A stretch of 64,000 bases of DNA from Syntrophales bacterium (GTDB lineage Bacteria; Desulfobacterota; Syntrophia; Syntrophales; PHBD01): contig OY764159.1 of NCBI GenBank assembly GCA_963668175.1, positions 1 through 64,000 on the forward strand, given 5' to 3'. The notes under the pieces were generated by a model, which did not search any database, was not told where the DNA came from, and saw only the letters and a list, made by a program, of their open reading frames with translations. This document shows, one piece after another, positions 59,414-64,000 of the stretch (position 1 is its first letter; each line of letters opens with the position of its first letter). The position numbers and the translations under genes were made by a program.

Positions 59414-59442
59414 GATTTAGCAAAATCCCGGAAGTCTGTCAA
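59414..59442 (-). promoter_or_regulatory. Sigma70 promoter of the trp operon
   Basis: Minus strand TTGACA-N17-TAAATC with extended TG. Confidence 0.65.
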
Positions 59443-59474
59443 TAAATAATTCGCATGATCATGTGTGATTGAGA

Positions 59475-59503
59475 TTGACAGGCCATAGCTAATCGCCTAT
59501 AAT
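59475..59503 (+). promoter_or_regulatory. Perfect consensus sigma70 promoter of the diguanylate cyclase gene
   Basis: TTGACA-N17-TATAAT. Confidence 0.85.
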
Positions 59504-59579
59504 TTAGTAATAGTTATCATCATTTCCGCGGATACGACGGCATCAAACGGCTCATGAATCAGCACGACCCGGTCGATAC

Positions 59580-61634
59580 ATGAAAACGGACCATCGCCCC
59601 TTGCAACACATGACTGATCGAAGACAGCGGGACATATTCCGTGTTTTAACGGACGGCATGCGGGATATCGCCATCTGCATCTGCCAGAATGATTCCATAC
59701 GCTATTCCAGTCTGGGCATGGAAAAGCTTACGGGTTACACCAACCGGGAGCTTACGGGTATGAACCTTTGGGACATGGTCCATCCCGATTTCAGGGAACT
59801 GGTCAGAGCCCGCGGCTACGCCTGTCAGCGGGGAAAGCTCTTTGCGACAAAGCACGAGTTCATCATGTTCGATAAAGAAGGCAATGAGCATTGGGTGGAC
59901 TTTTCCGGCGGTTATATCGAGTACGACAACGAGCCGGCAGCCGTCGTCATCCTGTCGGATATTACCGAGCATAAAGAAGCCCTGCAGGCGCTTCAATCCA
60001 GCGAAGAGAAATATCGGAATCTTGTCGAGCAGGCAAACGACGGCATCGTCATCGTCCAGGACGGACTTATCGAGTATGCCAACGGTCACGCCGCCGAGAC
60101 ATTCGGCTACCGCCTGGACGAATTCATGGGGCAGCCCTTCTCCATCTTAAGCGAATCCGATATCACCTTCAAGCTTGCCGATTGTTACCAGCGCCGCGCC
60201 GCGGGCGAGGATGTCCCGCAGATATTCGAAGCGGTCGGGAGACACAAGAACGGCCGCCCTCTTTCCCTGGAGTACAATGTCGTCCTGACCATCTATCAGG
60301 AAAAGGCCGCCACGCTCGTCCAGATCAGGGACGTAGGTGAACACAGGAAAGTCGATCGGGAACTTAACGAAAGCCAGGAGAAATTCAGGATACTCGCAGA
60401 AACCGCGGCAGCAGCCATATTCATCTTCAAGAAAGACCGGTTCTATTACGCCAATCCGACGATGGAAAAAGTGACAGGATACAACTCTCAGGAACTGCAG
60501 AACCTCAAATTCACCGATCTCGTCCATGAACGCTTCCGGGGACACATCCAAACCTGTACCGAAGCTTCGCTGAAGGGCGATGCCGTTTCGGGCTGCGAAC
60601 TCATCCTTGTCGATAAGAACGGCCGGGAGCACTGGATAGACTATCATGCCGGCTCGATCGAATATGAAGGAGAACCGGCCGTCATCGGCACCGCTTACGA
60701 TATTACCGAACTCAAGAAAGCGGCCGAGGATCTCCGGGAAGGGGAGAAAAGATACCGGCTCCTCGTCGAGTCCCTCCAGGGAGGGATCTGGGTGATCGAC
60801 AAAGACGCCCGGACAACCTATGTCAATCCCTGTATGGCCGAAATGCTGGGATACACCGTGGAAGAGATGATCGGCAAAGGTCTCTACTCCTTTATGGACG
60901 ATGTCGGCGTCGAGGTCTGCAAGCGGAACATGGAACGCCGCCAGCAGGGCATCAAGGAGCTGCATGATTTTGAATTCTTGCGGAAGGACGGCCGGCGGCT
61001 CTACGCCAACTTCGAGACAACCCAGATTACGAACGAAGAGGGCGTCCACATCGGAACAATCGCCGGCGTTATGGATATCACCGCCCGGAGGCGCACGGAG
61101 GAGATCATCATCAAGATGGCCTATCACGACGCCCTAACTGGGCTTCCCAACCGTATGCTCTTCAAGGACCGGCTGACGATGGCCATGTCGTACGCCAACC
61201 GCCACCGAAAAGAAGTGGCCGTTATGATGCTCGATCTAGACAAATTCAAGGAAGTCAACGACACGCTCGGTCATTCCGTGGGCGATCTGCTTTTAAAATC
61301 GGTCGCGGAGCGCCTGCTGCTTTTGCTGCGGATGAACGATACCGTGGCCCGCATCGGGGGCGACGAATTCATGATCGTCCTCCCTGAAATATCGAACCCC
61401 CAAGACGTAAGCGTCATCGCCCAGAAGCTGATCCGGTCTTTCGAAACGCCCTTCGTCTGCGACGATCACGAGCTGAAAATCACGACCAGCATCGGCATCG
61501 CCCTTTACCCCACCGACGGGAAGGATGTGGACACCCTGATCAAGTACGCCGATATGGCCATGTACGGCGCCAAAGCGACGGGCAGAAATGCCTACCGCTA
61601 TTACGGCGATTCCGGAAAATCTCCGGGTGCCTGA
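59580..61634 (+). CDS. Cytoplasmic diguanylate cyclase with four PAS/PAC repeats
   Basis: Four PAS-PAC repeats ending DIT/DVG; HDALTGLPNR, DLDKFK.VND, RMND I-site, ARIGGDEF. Confidence 0.93.
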   Translation: MKTDHRPLQHMTDRRQRDIFRVLTDGMRDIAICICQNDSIRYSSLGMEKLTGYTNRELTGMNLWDMVHPDFRELVRARGYACQRGKLFATKHEFIMFDKEGNEHWVDFSGGYIEYDNEPAAVVILSDITEHKEALQALQSSEEKYRNLVEQANDGIVIVQDGLIEYANGHAAETFGYRLDEFMGQPFSILSESDITFKLADCYQRRAAGEDVPQIFEAVGRHKNGRPLSLEYNVVLTIYQEKAATLVQIRDVGEHRKVDRELNESQEKFRILAETAAAAIFIFKKDRFYYANPTMEKVTGYNSQELQNLKFTDLVHERFRGHIQTCTEASLKGDAVSGCELILVDKNGREHWIDYHAGSIEYEGEPAVIGTAYDITELKKAAEDLREGEKRYRLLVESLQGGIWVIDKDARTTYVNPCMAEMLGYTVEEMIGKGLYSFMDDVGVEVCKRNMERRQQGIKELHDFEFLRKDGRRLYANFETTQITNEEGVHIGTIAGVMDITARRRTEEIIIKMAYHDALTGLPNRMLFKDRLTMAMSYANRHRKEVAVMMLDLDKFKEVNDTLGHSVGDLLLKSVAERLLLLLRMNDTVARIGGDEFMIVLPEISNPQDVSVIAQKLIRSFETPFVCDDHELKITTSIGIALYPTDGKDVDTLIKYADMAMYGAKATGRNAYRYYGDSGKSPGA

Positions 61635-61785
61635 ATCGAACCACCACACACAGCCTGGAGCGGACCTTCGTCACACAGGCGGCCGGTCTGCGGCGGAAAG
61701 GGTCAGCAACGGCGCATTCCCAACAAAAACCAACCCAATATCCCTTTTGGTTGCCCGGGAATGTTGAGACACCTCTATACGATCT

Positions 61786-62772
61786 TTATTGATCGGCGGC
61801 GACCGCCCCGGGCCAGAGGTAATAGAACCCCGCATGAAGGCCGAGGATATCCGGCAGTTCGATGTTGATCATGGCGGGCTTCAGATTATCCGCCGCAACG
61901 CCCCCCACATTGTAGAAATTGTCTTCCGGATACTCGTTGCGCCTGAAAACCACGACTCGGGCATCCTGGGGAAGTCCGGCCAACCGCTTGGACTCCTGGA
62001 CGGCATCGCTTAAATAGCCGATCTTATCGATCAGTCCCATCTTCAGGGCTTCCTCCGGCAGGAAGATGCGGGCCGTCGACATGTCGGCAAAAGCCGCTTC
62101 CGTCATTTTCCGGTGCTTCCGGACGAGGCTCACGAATCTATCCCCAAGATCGTTGACGGTCTTCTGGAAAAGCTTTTGTTCGTCCTCGCTGCCGCCCCGG
62201 AAAGGCGACCCCATATCCTTGTACTTGCCGTATTTGCTGACGTCCACGCCGACGCCGATCTTGTCCATCAGTCCGTTCACCTTCGGCCGCATGAAGATCA
62301 CGCCTACGGAACCCGTGACGCTCGTGGGATGGGCCATAATCGTATCGGCCGGCAGGGACATGTAATAAGCGCCCGACGTGGCCATTTCCATCATGGATAC
62401 GACGACCTTCGTCCCGGTTCGTTCCTTGAAGGCGGCAATTTCATGGTAGAGAAGATCGCTGGCCGTAATGGTGCCGCCGGGGGAACTGATTTTAATCAGA
62501 ACCGCCTTGATCTGCTTGTCTTTTTCCGCTTTCCTCAGGTGGGCCACAACCTGATCGACGAGGCTGGGCGACGAACTGATGATCCCCTGCTTGGGGTTAT
62601 CGGAAATCATGCCCCGTACCGGGATGAGCAGAATTTTCTCTTTCGCGCTGCCCTCAAGTGTGAACTCCCGAAGGGGGTCGGTCGCATCGGGCAGCAGCCT
62701 TAATTTCGGCGCCGCACAGGCTGTTGTCAGCAACAGAGCGGCGATGACCCATAAAAAACTGTATCTTCTCAT
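61786..62772 (-). CDS. sppA: Signal peptide peptidase SppA (S49), probable lipoprotein
   Basis: SSPGG, ATSGAYY, TGSVGVI, KDMGSPFR; lipobox LTTAC. Confidence 0.9.
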   Translation of the reverse strand: MRRYSFLWVIAALLLTTACAAPKLRLLPDATDPLREFTLEGSAKEKILLIPVRGMISDNPKQGIISSSPSLVDQVVAHLRKAEKDKQIKAVLIKISSPGGTITASDLLYHEIAAFKERTGTKVVVSMMEMATSGAYYMSLPADTIMAHPTSVTGSVGVIFMRPKVNGLMDKIGVGVDVSKYGKYKDMGSPFRGGSEDEQKLFQKTVNDLGDRFVSLVRKHRKMTEAAFADMSTARIFLPEEALKMGLIDKIGYLSDAVQESKRLAGLPQDARVVVFRRNEYPEDNFYNVGGVAADNLKPAMINIELPDILGLHAGFYYLWPGAVAADQ

Positions 62773-63071
62773 ACGATACCTCCGAAATGTCAAACCCCGC
62801 ACACTTCTCGCAACGGGGTTTAAAAAAGGTTCATGAAGGTTTCCCATAAATAAAGGCTCCGGTCAGACACAGGAATCGAATCAACCTTCATATTGGGTAT
62901 CATTCTTTCCTGGTTTCGTCTACGGGTGAATAAGAATACCGGAAACCTACCAGTGTCCTCCGTACCCCGCACGATCGGACGCTTGTTTTCCAAGACATCG
63001 TATCTCCTGAAGCCAGAAAAGAAGAAACATGACGGCCTGTTCGATCATTCCGGTCGTTTGGAGAGGGAAGA

Positions 63072-63854
63072 TCACGGGATATGCTGCCGGATGGTCGAGG
63101 CGTCGACGATCCGCTGATTAAGCCCGGCCGAATCTTCAGCGGCAATCATTCGTTCGATTTCGGCGACAACCTGCTTATAGGCTTCGACGATACGGTATTT
63201 GTTCGGATTTCTCATGATCATGTCCACGTAGAGGCCGTGATGGTCGCTGAATATCTTTTCCATGAACTTCTTCTTGGCCCTGAAAACGGGTGTGGAAAAA
63301 GAATCCTGGGTTTCGCGGTCGATATTCAACTCCTTCAGGGCCAGACCGAAGGCGATGGTGTTGATATGCGTCAATCCCTGCACCACGGCCATCATGTCGT
63401 CGTGTACGCGGGGCGTGGTCACAACGACCCGGGCTTTCCGTGTTTCCAGGAGGTCCTTTAAACAGTTGAACCAGCGCTCCCCTCTGCCGGGGCAGAGGAC
63501 GATATTCTCTCCGGCCAGGGAGATCACGTCTGGACCGAAAAGCGGATGACAGCCGACGACCTCCGCAACGGATAGCCCAAGCATGGCCGCCATAGGCTCT
63601 TCCTTCAGCGACGTAAAATCCATCAACAATTGTTCCCGTTTCAATTGCGGCCCGATCTCACAGATGACATCGACTGTAACGTCTATGGGTACGGAAACAA
63701 CGACAACCTGGCACTGGGCTGCAATCCCGGAGGGCGTCACTTCCGTATGTCTTCCCGCCACCGAAACGGTGAAGCCCTCTTTGCGGAAGAAATCGGCGAA
63801 CCAGCGGCCGATACCTCCCGTACCGCCGATAATCCCGATATGAATATCTTTCAT
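63072..63854 (-). CDS. tyrA: Prephenate/arogenate dehydrogenase
   Basis: [36 protein letters not shown]; start overlaps the aroC stop. Confidence 0.88.
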   Translation of the reverse strand: MKDIHIGIIGGTGGIGRWFADFFRKEGFTVSVAGRHTEVTPSGIAAQCQVVVVSVPIDVTVDVICEIGPQLKREQLLMDFTSLKEEPMAAMLGLSVAEVVGCHPLFGPDVISLAGENIVLCPGRGERWFNCLKDLLETRKARVVVTTPRVHDDMMAVVQGLTHINTIAFGLALKELNIDRETQDSFSTPVFRAKKKFMEKIFSDHHGLYVDMIMRNPNKYRIVEAYKQVVAEIERMIAAEDSAGLNQRIVDASTIRQHIP

Positions 63855-64000
63855 GGGTTCAAGGTCCTCTGTCTTAAGAGATGGTCGGCAAGGACGATGC
63901 TGACCATCGCCTCGCAAACGGGAATAATGCGGGGAATCACCGATACGTCGTGCCTTCCCTTCACGGACAGCGTCACGGCGTTCCCGCTGATATCGATCGT
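63851..64000 (-). CDS. aroC: Chorismate synthase, C-terminal fragment (5' outside window)
   Basis: Manual translation [44 protein letters not shown] contains GRHD..PR..PV.EAM. Confidence 0.9.
   Translation of the reverse strand, partial: TIDISGNAVTLSVKGRHDVSVIPRIIPVCEAMVSIVLADHLLRQRTLNP

Noticed and set aside
62848..63071. Short ORFs between tyrA and sppA (62893-63117, 62900-63145)
   Set aside because: No recognisable motifs or good RBS, and they overlap the tyrA end

Overview
Chromosomal window from an anaerobic deltaproteobacterium; gene content and protein style suggest Syntrophales/Syntrophia (inference). It contains: (i) the end of an exopolysaccharide/PEP-CTERM locus (asnB fragment, secreted IPT-like protein, GT4, prsK-prsR, a sigma54-driven PEP-CTERM gene, ExeA-like ATPase, prsT, wza-like export protein, beta-barrel); (ii) a type IV minor-pilin operon dsbC-fimT-pilV-pilW-pilX-pilY1; (iii) housekeeping genes (TPR, Xaa-Pro peptidase, gcvH, lipoate ligase, hisC, rpsU, LOG, holA); (iv) a Crp/Fnr regulator divergent from an Fe-S protein; (v) an RHH-PilZ gene just downstream of pilMNOPQ; (vi) the tRNA-Gly-rimP-nusA-infB-rbfA-truB-rpsO-pnp superoperon; (vii) an orphan biotin carboxylase, dedA, an attenuated trpEGDCFBA operon, a PAS-GGDEF cyclase, sppA, tyrA and the end of aroC. 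No mobile element, CRISPR array or recoding event was seen. The most interesting items are a candidate c-di-GMP-sensing RHH-PilZ transcription factor whose sigma54 promoter shares a TGT-N11-ACA enhancer (same orientation and distance) with the PEP-CTERM gene, a third orphan promoter of the same type, a PilQ secretin apparently lacking its N1 domain paired with a cysteine-free PilP, a structured leader ahead of the biotin carboxylase, and a trp attenuator with two tandem terminators. All calls were made by eye from motifs; no searches were run.
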